The translations under genes were made by a program, and so were the position numbers. From IMG/VR virus record IMGVR_UViG_3300014885_000001, positions 1 through 44,007 of that record: a stretch of DNA of 44,007 bases; one strand, 5' to 3'. This DNA is from a virus (Duplodnaviria > Caudoviricetes). Positions 7,387 through 15,959 of the stretch are shown here, piece by piece (the first letter of the stretch is position 1; every line of letters starts with the position of its first letter). The notes under the pieces are model-generated. The model did no database searches and was not told the DNA's origin. It saw only the letters and a list, made by a program, of their open reading frames with translations.

Positions 7387-9713
7387 GCTCATTCCGCGAG
7401 TACCTTCAGTTCGGCTGGAAGCTGTGCAACATCCCGCCCGGCAACAAGGGGCCTGTGGGCGTCGCCGCGATGGGCTGGCAGAAGAAAGCCCGCGCCATCA
7501 CCGATCCGAACATGGGGCCAGCGATGGCCGGCGCGGGGCTGTTGCACGCGTGGAGCGGAACCTGCGCCCTAGATATCGACAAGTTCGATGTCGCCGAGAA
7601 GTGGCTCGCCGAGCGCGGCGTCGATCTGAAGGCCCTTCTCACCGCGCGCAATTGCGTGCAGATTTCATCGGGCCGCGAAGGGCGCTACAAGCTGCTCTAT
7701 CTACTGCCGACACCGCTTGCATCGAAGAAGCTCGCGCCGTACAAAGTACCGAGCTCTAAAACTGGAAAAGATGAGACCTATCACGGCTTGGAGCTTCGCT
7801 GCGCTAATGCGCAAGGAGAGTCGGTCCAAGATGTCCTTCCGCCAACGATCCACCCGGATACTGGGCGAGAGTACGTCTGGGCCTACGGCGACGAACTCAC
7901 GGGGGATTGGCGCAATCTGCCCGAGATTCCACCGGAACTACTCGCCCTATGGCGGGGCGAGCTATCCACTGGCGCGCCGATAGCTGGGCCGCAAGCGCCA
8001 GCAGGAACCACCGCCACCGAGCACGATGCCCTGCTCGCGCAAGAAGATCCCAGTGACTACGACACCTGGATCGAAGTGGGGCAGATTCTCCATCACGAGA
8101 CGCGAGCGTCAGCAGAGGGCTTGGCGCTGTTTGATCGCTGGAGCCAGCGCAGCTCGAAGTACGAAGGGCGCGCGTCTGTCGAGGCCAAATGGCGCTCGTT
8201 CCACTTCGATGTCGCGAACCCTCGCACTTGGGGCACTCTGCGGCGGCGGGCCGTAGCCGCTATCACCGAATTCCCTGTTAGCGAACCTGCACCGGCCGCA
8301 GAGAAGACCCCAGCCGACGTAGCGAAAGAGCAGTGGGAGCAGGTCAAGCAAATCCTCGAGCCGCGCCTGGTATTCGTCGCCGGCCAGGATCACTACTTCG
8401 ATCTGGCGAGCCGCAGCACGGTGCCGTGGCTCTCCGACCGCTCGGTGCGCCATATGTTCTGCCCGCACATGCCGGTCATCACGACGGAGGCGAAGGACGG
8501 CAAGCCCGCAAAAACGGCGAAGCCTGATCCTGTCGTCTATCTACAGAACAGCCGCTCCAAGCAGCTCGTCGATGCCGTAGGTATGCACCCCGGCGCGCCG
8601 CGGCTGTTCAAGGAAGACGACACGCGCTACGTCAATCGCTACTACCCGCGCGAGGTCAAGCCGCTGGTGCCCCTGCCGTACGAGGAAGAGGCGTTCCTGT
8701 ACCTGTGGTCGCGGTTGAAGGATTCAACGTTCCAGCGCTGGCTGATGCAGTTCTTCGCCCACGCGCTGCAGAAGCCCGGCATCAAGATCCAGTCCGCGCC
8801 ACTGCTGTTCAGCGCCGAGCAGGGCACCGGCAAGAACACCATCTGCAAGATCATTCCGCAGCGCTTGTTCGGCCATCGCTGGGTGCGCACGATCTCCGGC
8901 GGCGTGCTCAAGAGCAACTTCAACGATACCGTGGGCGAGACGTGGTGGCTGTATCTGGAGGAGCTGCGCTCGGGTTCCTCGAAGCAAGAGCGCGTCGAGA
9001 TCAGCAACCGCATCAAGTCGTGGGTGACTGACGATACGATCGAGATTCACCCCAAGGGCCTGAAGCCCTACGACATGCGCAACCGCCTGCAGCTCCTCGC
9101 GACCAGCAATTTCGATGACGCCTTGCACATCGACAACAACGACCGCCGTTGGGCGATCTGCGAGATGGAGGAGTACGACCGGGACGGCGGGAACTGGGCC
9201 GACGTGTACAAGTTCCTGAACGATGACGCCCGCGCGCCGGGCGTCCTGCGCTACATCTTCCAGAATGTCAACATAACGGGGTTCAACCCTGCTGCGCGCG
9301 CGCCGACGACGGTTGCCAAGGTGTCCATGATCCGCGCCGGCATGGGCTCGTGGGAGTCCATGCTGATCGAGCAGATGATACAGGGGCGGGCGCCCTTCGA
9401 TAAGGACATCTTCCGCCTCCAGGACGCCTATGAGGCGCTCGTGGGCCGCGGGCCGGTCTCCCAGCACGCCCTGCGCACGGTCCTCACCCGCAGCCCCTTC
9501 CACTGCCTGCAGTTGCCAAATGCGTCCAACCTGCGGGTCTACGCTTGGCGCAACATCGAGCAGTGGCACAAGCACCCTGAATCTGCCCGCGTGCGGTATT
9601 TGGAAACCGGACAGCGCCCGCTGCACGGGGTCTGGTCAGACGACATCCCGGAGGCAATCGTCAACATGAGCGCCGACGGGCCACTCCAGAAAACTGCTTG
9701 CGACCTTGTTTGA
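7383..9713 (+). CDS. bifunctional primase-polymerase / PriCT-2 / SF3-type helicase
   Basis: KGP, ALDID, VLPPTIHPDTG (prim-pol); DYDTWIEVG..LHH..FDRWSQRSSKY (PriCT-2); EQGTGKNT Walker A, EEL, TSN. Confidence 0.9.
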   Translation: MSSFREYLQFGWKLCNIPPGNKGPVGVAAMGWQKKARAITDPNMGPAMAGAGLLHAWSGTCALDIDKFDVAEKWLAERGVDLKALLTARNCVQISSGREGRYKLLYLLPTPLASKKLAPYKVPSSKTGKDETYHGLELRCANAQGESVQDVLPPTIHPDTGREYVWAYGDELTGDWRNLPEIPPELLALWRGELSTGAPIAGPQAPAGTTATEHDALLAQEDPSDYDTWIEVGQILHHETRASAEGLALFDRWSQRSSKYEGRASVEAKWRSFHFDVANPRTWGTLRRRAVAAITEFPVSEPAPAAEKTPADVAKEQWEQVKQILEPRLVFVAGQDHYFDLASRSTVPWLSDRSVRHMFCPHMPVITTEAKDGKPAKTAKPDPVVYLQNSRSKQLVDAVGMHPGAPRLFKEDDTRYVNRYYPREVKPLVPLPYEEEAFLYLWSRLKDSTFQRWLMQFFAHALQKPGIKIQSAPLLFSAEQGTGKNTICKIIPQRLFGHRWVRTISGGVLKSNFNDTVGETWWLYLEELRSGSSKQERVEISNRIKSWVTDDTIEIHPKGLKPYDMRNRLQLLATSNFDDALHIDNNDRRWAICEMEEYDRDGGNWADVYKFLNDDARAPGVLRYIFQNVNITGFNPAARAPTTVAKVSMIRAGMGSWESMLIEQMIQGRAPFDKDIFRLQDAYEALVGRGPVSQHALRTVLTRSPFHCLQLPNASNLRVYAWRNIEQWHKHPESARVRYLETGQRPLHGVWSDDIPEAIVNMSADGPLQKTACDLV

Positions 9714-9732
9714 ACTATGGGAGTATTCCGCC

Positions 9733-9954
9733 ATGACTGAACGCAACAAAGTTGGCCCAGCCGACCCCGAGACCCGCCGCAAGAAGCTGCGGGAAATCCT
9801 GGACACGCCGACGAAGGCGACCGGCGTCGCGCCGAAGTCCATGAAGGACGCGGTCGACAAGGGCGTCGAGCAGGGCTCTACCAAGCCGAAAAAGAAAAAG
9901 GTCGTCCCGCGTTTCGGGCCGAAGGGCGAGACGATCGATGAGCTCGGCGGCTAG
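9733..9954 (+). CDS. hypothetical Lys-rich protein
   Basis: GGAG RBS, ATG 9733; fits the gap between genes. Confidence 0.6.
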   Translation: MTERNKVGPADPETRRKKLREILDTPTKATGVAPKSMKDAVDKGVEQGSTKPKKKKVVPRFGPKGETIDELGG

Positions 9955-9957
9955 GCC

Positions 9958-10434
9958 GTGGGCGCGCTCGTAAACTTCCTCGGCGGCGCAGCATTTCGCG
10001 CCGTCTGGTCCGGCGTCAGCAACTACTTCGACAAACGCCAAGAGCACAAGCACGAGATCGCCCGCACGGTGCTGCAGGGCCGGCTCGATGCTGAGGCGCA
10101 CGCCCGCAATCTCGCCGGCATCAAGCTGCAAGCTGAAATGGGCATCAAGACCGTTCAGGTGCAGGCGGAAGCCGCGGTCAGCGAGATCGAGGCCGACGCA
10201 TGGCGCCAAGCCGTCTCCAAAGCTACGGCGCAGACCGGCATCAAATTCGTCGACATCTGGAACGGCTCGATTCGCCCAGCGTGGGCGACCTGCGCGCTCG
10301 TTCTGTGGATGATCTTCGAGGGGCGCCACATGGCGATAAACTCGTGGGAGATCACTGCGTGGAGCCTCGATTTGATCGGGGCTGTCGCGGGCTTCTATTT
10401 TGCCGACCGCTCGCTCCGTAACAAAAGCAAATGA
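9958..10434 (+). CDS. holin-like membrane protein
   Basis: N-terminal hydrophobic segment, coiled region, then IRP followed by two hydrophobic segments ending GFYFADRSL; close upstream of the lysozyme. Confidence 0.65.
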   Translation: MGALVNFLGGAAFRAVWSGVSNYFDKRQEHKHEIARTVLQGRLDAEAHARNLAGIKLQAEMGIKTVQVQAEAAVSEIEADAWRQAVSKATAQTGIKFVDIWNGSIRPAWATCALVLWMIFEGRHMAINSWEITAWSLDLIGAVAGFYFADRSLRNKSK

Positions 10435-10625
10435 CCGATTACGCCCGCGTGCTCTGGCTCGGCGGTGGCGTGCGATTTGAGACGCTCGAAGTTATCGAAG
10501 CGGCGCTACGACAAGCCGCAGAAAACGAAAAGGACGCCCGCGTGAAACACGAACTCATCAACACCGCCAACGCCGCGGCAGCGGAGCTTACCAAGCGCCC
10601 GAAGCCGGTGTGCGACCTGCTGTGA
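10431..10625 (+). CDS. hypothetical protein
   Basis: ATGA and GTGA overlaps with both neighbours. Confidence 0.6.
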   Translation: MTDYARVLWLGGGVRFETLEVIEAALRQAAENEKDARVKHELINTANAAAAELTKRPKPVCDLL

Positions 10626-11071
10626 GCGATCCTGTAGCGGTTGCTGTCGCGCTGGTCCTCGCAAAGCGCTGGGAAGGCTTTCGCAGTCATCCCTACCTTT
10701 GCCCCGCCGGTGTCGCCACGGTCGGCTACGGCTTCACGCACTACGCAGATGGCACTACTGTCACGCTGTTCGACCCACCTATGACGCGCGAGGCCGCGGC
10801 AACGCTGCTCGAGCACCTGGTGCGAACGAAGTACGTGCGCGATACGCTTAGGCTTTGCCCCGGCGTAGACACCCCCGAGCGCCTGGGCGCCATCACGGAC
10901 TTCATTTTCAACCTCGGAGCCGGCAACTTGAAGACCAGCAACCTGCGCAAACGCATCAACGCAGACGATTGGGCGGCAGTGCCCGAACAACTTCGACGCT
11001 GGATTCGCGGAGGTGGTAGAGTCCTCAAAGGTCTGGTGCTGCGCCGCGAAGCTGAGATTGCATACCTCTAA
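10622..11071 (+). CDS. GH24 phage lysozyme (endolysin)
   Basis: WEG...PYLCPAGVATVGYG (E-x8-C-x5-T triad), FIFNLG.G, RW...GG.VLKGLVLRREAE. Confidence 0.93.
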   Translation: MSDPVAVAVALVLAKRWEGFRSHPYLCPAGVATVGYGFTHYADGTTVTLFDPPMTREAAATLLEHLVRTKYVRDTLRLCPGVDTPERLGAITDFIFNLGAGNLKTSNLRKRINADDWAAVPEQLRRWIRGGGRVLKGLVLRREAEIAYL

Positions 11072-11087
11072 CACCCACGGAGTTCAC

Positions 11088-11387
11088 ATGGCCGCTAAAC
11101 AGAAGAAAGACCTTTCCGCCTTCCGCGCCGCGCACGATCGCAGCGTGATCGTCCCTAACAAGATACGCGCTGCGCTCGCCGAGCTTGAGAAAGCCGAAGG
11201 CGCCGAGGCGTGGGAGTACGAAGCCGAGTTCATCCGCCGCGCCAAGATTAGTCAGGCGGACATCGGCGCGTATCGCGACGGGTTCTCCGCCCACGTCGTT
11301 GAGACCATCGGGAACAAGGGCAAGCGCATTTGGTTCGCCCAAGTCAAGGTAGCCCGGACGGCACGCGAGACGCTGGGCGCTAGTTAA
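11088..11387 (+). CDS. hypothetical ~99-aa protein (possible nucleic-acid-binding partner of the downstream enzyme)
   Basis: GGAG RBS, ATG 11088; N-terminal motif shared with the next ORF. Confidence 0.7.
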   Translation: MAAKQKKDLSAFRAAHDRSVIVPNKIRAALAELEKAEGAEAWEYEAEFIRRAKISQADIGAYRDGFSAHVVETIGNKGKRIWFAQVKVARTARETLGAS

Positions 11388-11396
11388 AGGTGATCT

Positions 11397-12881
11397 ATGG
11401 TTAAGACGCTCGATACCTTCCGTGCGAAGCACGACCCCGCCTACGTCATCCAGACGCCGCAGACCGTTCTGCGGCGCGACCTGAAGCATGGCTGCAAGCG
11501 GTTCATCATCACGAGCGCGCAGAACGGCACGCCCGTACACGCGGACTTCTGGGCCTGCCTGCTTACAGCCGCGCGCAGCCTGTGCGCCGAGATATTGGTG
11601 ATCCCGCTGCGGTATAAAAACCCGACCAGCACGTTCTCGGGCTCGCAGCAAAACGCCGAATGGTGGGCGCCCGCCGTCACGCCGTATCTGTGGAACCAGC
11701 GCCACGCGCTGAACGAGAACCTGACACTGCTCGCGGACATCAAGACGCAGCCCACGTCCGTCGATCCGCTAGCTGGCATGGACGCGATCTCGGGCGCTGA
11801 ATCCGGCATCCTGGGCCATACGAAAATGCGCCTGCGGTACGTGCCGACACCGCAGAGCAAAATGGCGAAGGCCCTGAGCACGACGGGCGCTTGCACCATC
11901 TCTAACTACACCGATACGCGTTCCGGCAAGCTGGGTGAATTCCACCATTCGCTGTCCGCCCTGCTGATTGAGCTGGACGATGACGGCAAGCGGTTCTATA
12001 TGCGCCAGTTGCACTACGGCGAAGCTGCGCGCCGCGTGATCGATTTGAGCGATGCGTACCATGTCGGCGGCGCGCAGCGCGCCCCGCGCGCGCTCGCGGT
12101 CGTGTGCGGCGATACGCACGTTGATTTCCTTGACCCTATGGTAGACGACTGTCGGCACCGCAAAGGCGGCCTGATCGATACCGTGAACCCCGAGAACATC
12201 ATTGAGCACGATACGCTAGACGCGTATTCCTGCAATCCGCACCACCGGGATAATCCGATGATCGCGATTGCAAAGCGCCTGTCAGGGCGTGATTCGATCC
12301 GAGAGGAGGTAGACCGCGCAATAAATTACTTGCGCCGCGTGTCTGCGCGCCACCCCAAGACGCAAATACGCGTCGCCGGCAGCAATCACAACGACATGCT
12401 GGGTCGTGCAGTGCGCCTGTTCTTGCAGGATGGTCTGCGCACCACGAGTCCCGTCAATGCAGAATTCCTGCTAGAAACAGCACTCGCGCAAGTGCGCGGA
12501 TGCAAGATTGGCGATACCGGCACGCAGTACCCCGATGCGTTCGGCCTGCACTTGCTGGCGGCAGCTATCCCGCGGGTTCATGTTCTCGGTGTCGACGATT
12601 CACTCATGCTTGGCGGCGTAGATCACGGCGGTCACGGCCATGCGGGTCCGAACGGCGCGCGCGGCTCGCTTCGTAATCTCGCCCGCGTGGGCGTGAAGGT
12701 ATTCGACGCGCACGATCATACGGGCGGCATCTTCGAGGGCCATTACCGAGTCGGCACGGGCACGCGCCTGAGCGCGGAGTACACCTCCGGCCCGTCTTCC
12801 TGGATGAACGTCGATGGCGTCACGAACGCCGACGGCAAGCGCCAGCTTGTGCCGCACATCGCCGGGAAATTCCGACGATGA
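11397..12881 (+). CDS. calcineurin-like metallophosphoesterase resembling phage T5 A1-like proteins
   Basis: GDTH, HD..D, GSNHND, HGHAGPNGARGS, HDHT, GPSSW motifs; FIITSAQN N-domain. The A1 resemblance is from recall. Confidence 0.75.
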   Translation: MVKTLDTFRAKHDPAYVIQTPQTVLRRDLKHGCKRFIITSAQNGTPVHADFWACLLTAARSLCAEILVIPLRYKNPTSTFSGSQQNAEWWAPAVTPYLWNQRHALNENLTLLADIKTQPTSVDPLAGMDAISGAESGILGHTKMRLRYVPTPQSKMAKALSTTGACTISNYTDTRSGKLGEFHHSLSALLIELDDDGKRFYMRQLHYGEAARRVIDLSDAYHVGGAQRAPRALAVVCGDTHVDFLDPMVDDCRHRKGGLIDTVNPENIIEHDTLDAYSCNPHHRDNPMIAIAKRLSGRDSIREEVDRAINYLRRVSARHPKTQIRVAGSNHNDMLGRAVRLFLQDGLRTTSPVNAEFLLETALAQVRGCKIGDTGTQYPDAFGLHLLAAAIPRVHVLGVDDSLMLGGVDHGGHGHAGPNGARGSLRNLARVGVKVFDAHDHTGGIFEGHYRVGTGTRLSAEYTSGPSSWMNVDGVTNADGKRQLVPHIAGKFRR

Positions 12882-13450
12882 AGATAGAGCCGTACATAGA
12901 GACATCCATCGGCCGCAAATTCTACCTACTCGCCGAATACCCAGGCTTCAACATCGCCGAGATCGCTCACGCTCTGTCGAACGCCTGCCGCTACGGCGGT
13001 CATTGCTCCCAGTACTACTCGGTCGCCGAGCATTCGGTGCTCGTATCCGAGATCGCCGAGGAGCTCGATCTGTGCGACCCCTTCGAGGCGCTGATGCACG
13101 ATGCGTCAGAAGCGTACATATGCGACATCCCCGGGCCGTGGAAGCACATGCTACCTGACTACCAAGCGCTCGAGGCGCAGCTTGAATGGAAGCTGCAGGA
13201 ATTCTTCAAGCTGCCAAAGAAGACTACGGGTTGCAAAGAAGCCGATCTGATAGCCCTCATGGTGGAAGGTCGCGCGCTGCTGACGAGCCGCGGTGAGTCC
13301 ATGATCGAAGGCGGTATCCCCGGGCACTACGGCCCTGCCGCCGACGCTTGGATCGCGACTCACGGGCGCAGCGTGTTCGGCCTCTCGCCGGCCGGCGCAC
13401 GCACCAGCTTCATGCACCGATACGAAAAACTGATGAGGAAACGAAAATGA
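12878..13450 (+). CDS. HD-domain phosphohydrolase (YfbR/YfdR-like 5'-deoxynucleotidase)
   Basis: CRYGGH..YSVAEHS, LMHDASEAYICD, KEADLIAL motifs. Confidence 0.88.
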   Translation: MKIEPYIETSIGRKFYLLAEYPGFNIAEIAHALSNACRYGGHCSQYYSVAEHSVLVSEIAEELDLCDPFEALMHDASEAYICDIPGPWKHMLPDYQALEAQLEWKLQEFFKLPKKTTGCKEADLIALMVEGRALLTSRGESMIEGGIPGHYGPAADAWIATHGRSVFGLSPAGARTSFMHRYEKLMRKRK

Positions 13451-13812
13451 GCCTGCCCACTGACGACGCGGCGCGCAAGCGCCTGCAGATGTTCACGTAC
13501 CTGATGGAGTATTTTCCCGACGCCTTCTTGGCTGAAGTAGAAGTAGCCGTAGCTGGGAACGAGCAGCACAATCCTGGCGAGCCGTTGCACTGGGCGCGCG
13601 GCAAGTCGAAGGATCAGCTCAATACCGCCTTCCGCCATGTGTGGGACCACGCTCGCGGCACGAAGAAAGACGTTGACGGCCAGTGGCATCTGGCGAAAGC
13701 GATCTGGCGCTTGAAGGCGCAGTTGCAGCTTGACATCGAAGAGGAGCGCCGACAGATCAGCCAAGTGAACGGCACGCTGATGAAGTGTCTGAGCAGGGGC
13801 GAGAACCTATAG
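13447..13812 (+). CDS. DUF5664-like dATP/dGTP diphosphohydrolase domain protein
   Basis: FPDA...V...GNEQH...LHW.RGKS...AFRH...D.DG..HLAKAIWR pattern; ATG 13447. Confidence 0.75.
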   Translation: MSLPTDDAARKRLQMFTYLMEYFPDAFLAEVEVAVAGNEQHNPGEPLHWARGKSKDQLNTAFRHVWDHARGTKKDVDGQWHLAKAIWRLKAQLQLDIEEERRQISQVNGTLMKCLSRGENL

Positions 13813-13994
13813 TGCGCGCAATCCTCATTAGCGTTGGTTTCGCGCTATGTGGCTGCACGCCGTTCCACCAAGAATGGCGCCCGGCGGTAAAGCCGTGCGA
13901 GATTTGGATTGTGGATCACACGCGCCGCAATGCGGTTTGCGTGTCGCGCGAGGAGTGGGAGCGGTACTACCGCCCCGTGCTAATCCCGAACTAG
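13812..13994 (+). CDS. small lipoprotein
   Basis: GTG start, hydrophobic signal and lipobox LCG-C; last + strand gene before the convergence point. Confidence 0.55.
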   Translation: MRAILISVGFALCGCTPFHQEWRPAVKPCEIWIVDHTRRNAVCVSREEWERYYRPVLIPN

Positions 13995-14204
13995 AACCCG
14001 CATCACTTCGCGGTGGTTCTCATCTATCTTCTGGTGCAGGTCGCTGATGTCATCCCGCGTCGCGTAGGTCTGCTGAACCAAAGCCAGCTGCTTCGCACGC
14101 TCGGCGTCTTCATCCAGATGGCGCTTGAAGATGAACCCAGCGAGAGCGGCTATCGCCACCCACGCGTTCTTCAGCAGATCCCACGGGTTGAAGTCTGGGG
14201 TCAT
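13980..14204 (-). CDS. small membrane protein with coiled coil (holin/lysis-associated type)
   Basis: One TM segment (AWVAIAALAGFIF) plus TYATRDD..L..KID; end of the late operon. Confidence 0.6.
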   Translation of the reverse strand: MTPDFNPWDLLKNAWVAIAALAGFIFKRHLDEDAERAKQLALVQQTYATRDDISDLHQKIDENHREVMRVLVRD

Positions 14205-14374
14205 GCGGCTTTCACCTTCGGCTTCTTCGGCGGGGCCACTACGAGCTGACCGCTTCCGATCTGTTTGAGCCACTGCTTTACTGCAGCGACGGCCTCCGCA
14301 TCGGCACCTTTTGTTGGCGCCATACAGACGAGGCTGAAAGCTAACTCTGCGAACTTGGTGTGCATGGCGCTCAC
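14201..14374 (-). CDS. hypothetical small protein
   Basis: GTG 14374 or ATG 14365; coupled overlaps with neighbours. Confidence 0.5.
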   Translation of the reverse strand: MSAMHTKFAELAFSLVCMAPTKGADAEAVAAVKQWLKQIGSGQLVVAPPKKPKVKAA

Positions 14375-14589
14375 CCTACCTGAACGAGCGGGACTACGAC
14401 AACAGCAACCGGCGGACGGCGCGGATCGATGAGCGCTTTTTCGACTTGCAGTATGACAAGTTCGGCGTCGATCTCTGCAATGCGCGCAGCGGCGGCGAGC
14501 AGCGCGAGGCGTTCTTGCTGCAGGCGGAATATCTTGCCGTCGATGCCGCGGCCGATTGTGTCTGCGACGTTTTGGTCTGCGGTTGCCAT
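14371..14589 (-). CDS. hypothetical coiled-coil protein (possible fibre chaperone)
   Basis: GGAGG RBS; directly downstream of the tail fibre. Confidence 0.6.
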   Translation of the reverse strand: MATADQNVADTIGRGIDGKIFRLQQERLALLAAAARIAEIDAELVILQVEKALIDPRRPPVAVVVVPLVQVG

Positions 14590-14597
14590 AACCCTCC

Positions 14598-15959
14598 TTA
14601 GTTGGGGATTCGAAGTACTTTGAAGCCGACGCCGCCGGAGTCGGCCGCGCCCACCGACACGCGCTCAAGCGTCGCGTTGTCGACATCGTACACCATGAAA
14701 CGGGTGTTGCCCGCGGTGGCGTTGGTGTCGAATCGACCCACTTCCACCGCGTTGGTGAGTAATTTTAGGTCCCCGTTCAATGAGTTAGCTACGTAGAAGT
14801 CGTCTGTTGCGGCACCGTATCCGAAGTAGCCTTTCTCCCCTGTCGGATCGAACAGGGACGCATAGCAATTGCCGCTGCCGCGCGCCGTAGTCGAGCGGAA
14901 TGCGAACGCGCCCGCGGTCAACCGGAAGCTCTGCGCGCCGGCAAGCGAAAGTCTCAACTCGCCGGTGTCGGTCTGCACCCACGAGTCAGAGCCGTCGTGG
15001 TAGAGACGGAGGTCTTGTCCGGCGCCGATTTGCAGCTCTTTGTTGTCTACCGCCAAGCGCACAGAGCCCGAACCTAGAAAGAGCGCCAGCGGGTTGTCGC
15101 TTGCGTTCCCGAACTGTACGGTTGCGACCGCGTTGCCGGAGCGCGTGAAGCTGAAGAGGTCTTTAGCGTTGCCGCCCGCATCGTCGTACATGCGGAAGTC
15201 GAACTTAGCGGCGTTGACGATCATTGCCCAGTTCTTCTCGTCGGTGGCAGAGCCGTCGCGCCGGAACCAAACTATCGGGTCGGAACCCCCGGATTTGGAC
15301 AGCGAGATGCCGCTCAGATCGGTGAACGAGCCGCCGGTCAGCGTGCCTGAAAAACGATGTTCGGAGGTCCACGTCGGCGCAATCGCCGGATCAATCGCGT
15401 GCCGCCCATCACTGCGCAGTGGTGTCGCCGCGGTGCCGTTCACCGCGCTCATGCCGATGAGGCCGGAGGGGTTGGCGAAAACTACATCAGCTTCCAGCGT
15501 TCCGGCGGTCTCGCCATAGGTCCACGCGACGCTACCAGTGTCTTGCACGAAATCAGCGACGGTGTCCTGCACGAACTCCGGCGGCACGTTCGCCTCAAGC
15601 TCGTTCGCCGTCTCCAGGTACGTCCATACGACGCTGCTGGTGTCCTGCAAGAAATCGAAGAAGTCCGCACCCACCACGTCTTGAATGTACTCAGCGAGCG
15701 TGGCGCCTTGAATCTGCGGGATTGTCTGGAAGTTCCACTGCCCGACGATCGTCTCTGGAAACTGCCAGCCCGCGTACTGCGGATGGTCGTCGCCCACCTG
15801 GAGTTCACGCAAATTGCGGTGGTAGATAGTGCCACCGATACCGGCGCTGATCTGGGCGGCGAGCGCAGCTACCGCAGCTTCGGCGCGTGCGCCTGCGCTG
15901 GGATCGAACGAGACGCTCTTTCCGACGGTTCCGGCTATCGCTACCCTGATCTTGCTCAC
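14598..15959 (-). CDS. tail fibre / receptor-binding protein
   Basis: DDHPQY motif, repeated (L/V)QDTxSVxWTY, beta-rich Gly/Asp C-terminal half (IGAGQDLRLYHDGSDS). Confidence 0.7.
   Translation of the reverse strand: MSKIRVAIAGTVGKSVSFDPSAGARAEAAVAALAAQISAGIGGTIYHRNLRELQVGDDHPQYAGWQFPETIVGQWNFQTIPQIQGATLAEYIQDVVGADFFDFLQDTSSVVWTYLETANELEANVPPEFVQDTVADFVQDTGSVAWTYGETAGTLEADVVFANPSGLIGMSAVNGTAATPLRSDGRHAIDPAIAPTWTSEHRFSGTLTGGSFTDLSGISLSKSGGSDPIVWFRRDGSATDEKNWAMIVNAAKFDFRMYDDAGGNAKDLFSFTRSGNAVATVQFGNASDNPLALFLGSGSVRLAVDNKELQIGAGQDLRLYHDGSDSWVQTDTGELRLSLAGAQSFRLTAGAFAFRSTTARGSGNCYASLFDPTGEKGYFGYGAATDDFYVANSLNGDLKLLTNAVEVGRFDTNATAGNTRFMVYDVDNATLERVSVGAADSGGVGFKVLRIPN

Noticed and set aside
11397-13812. 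2-aminoadenine (Z-genome) system
   Set aside because: HD and DUF5664-like hydrolases are present, but no PurZ/adenylosuccinate synthetase-like ORF is visible in the complete genome
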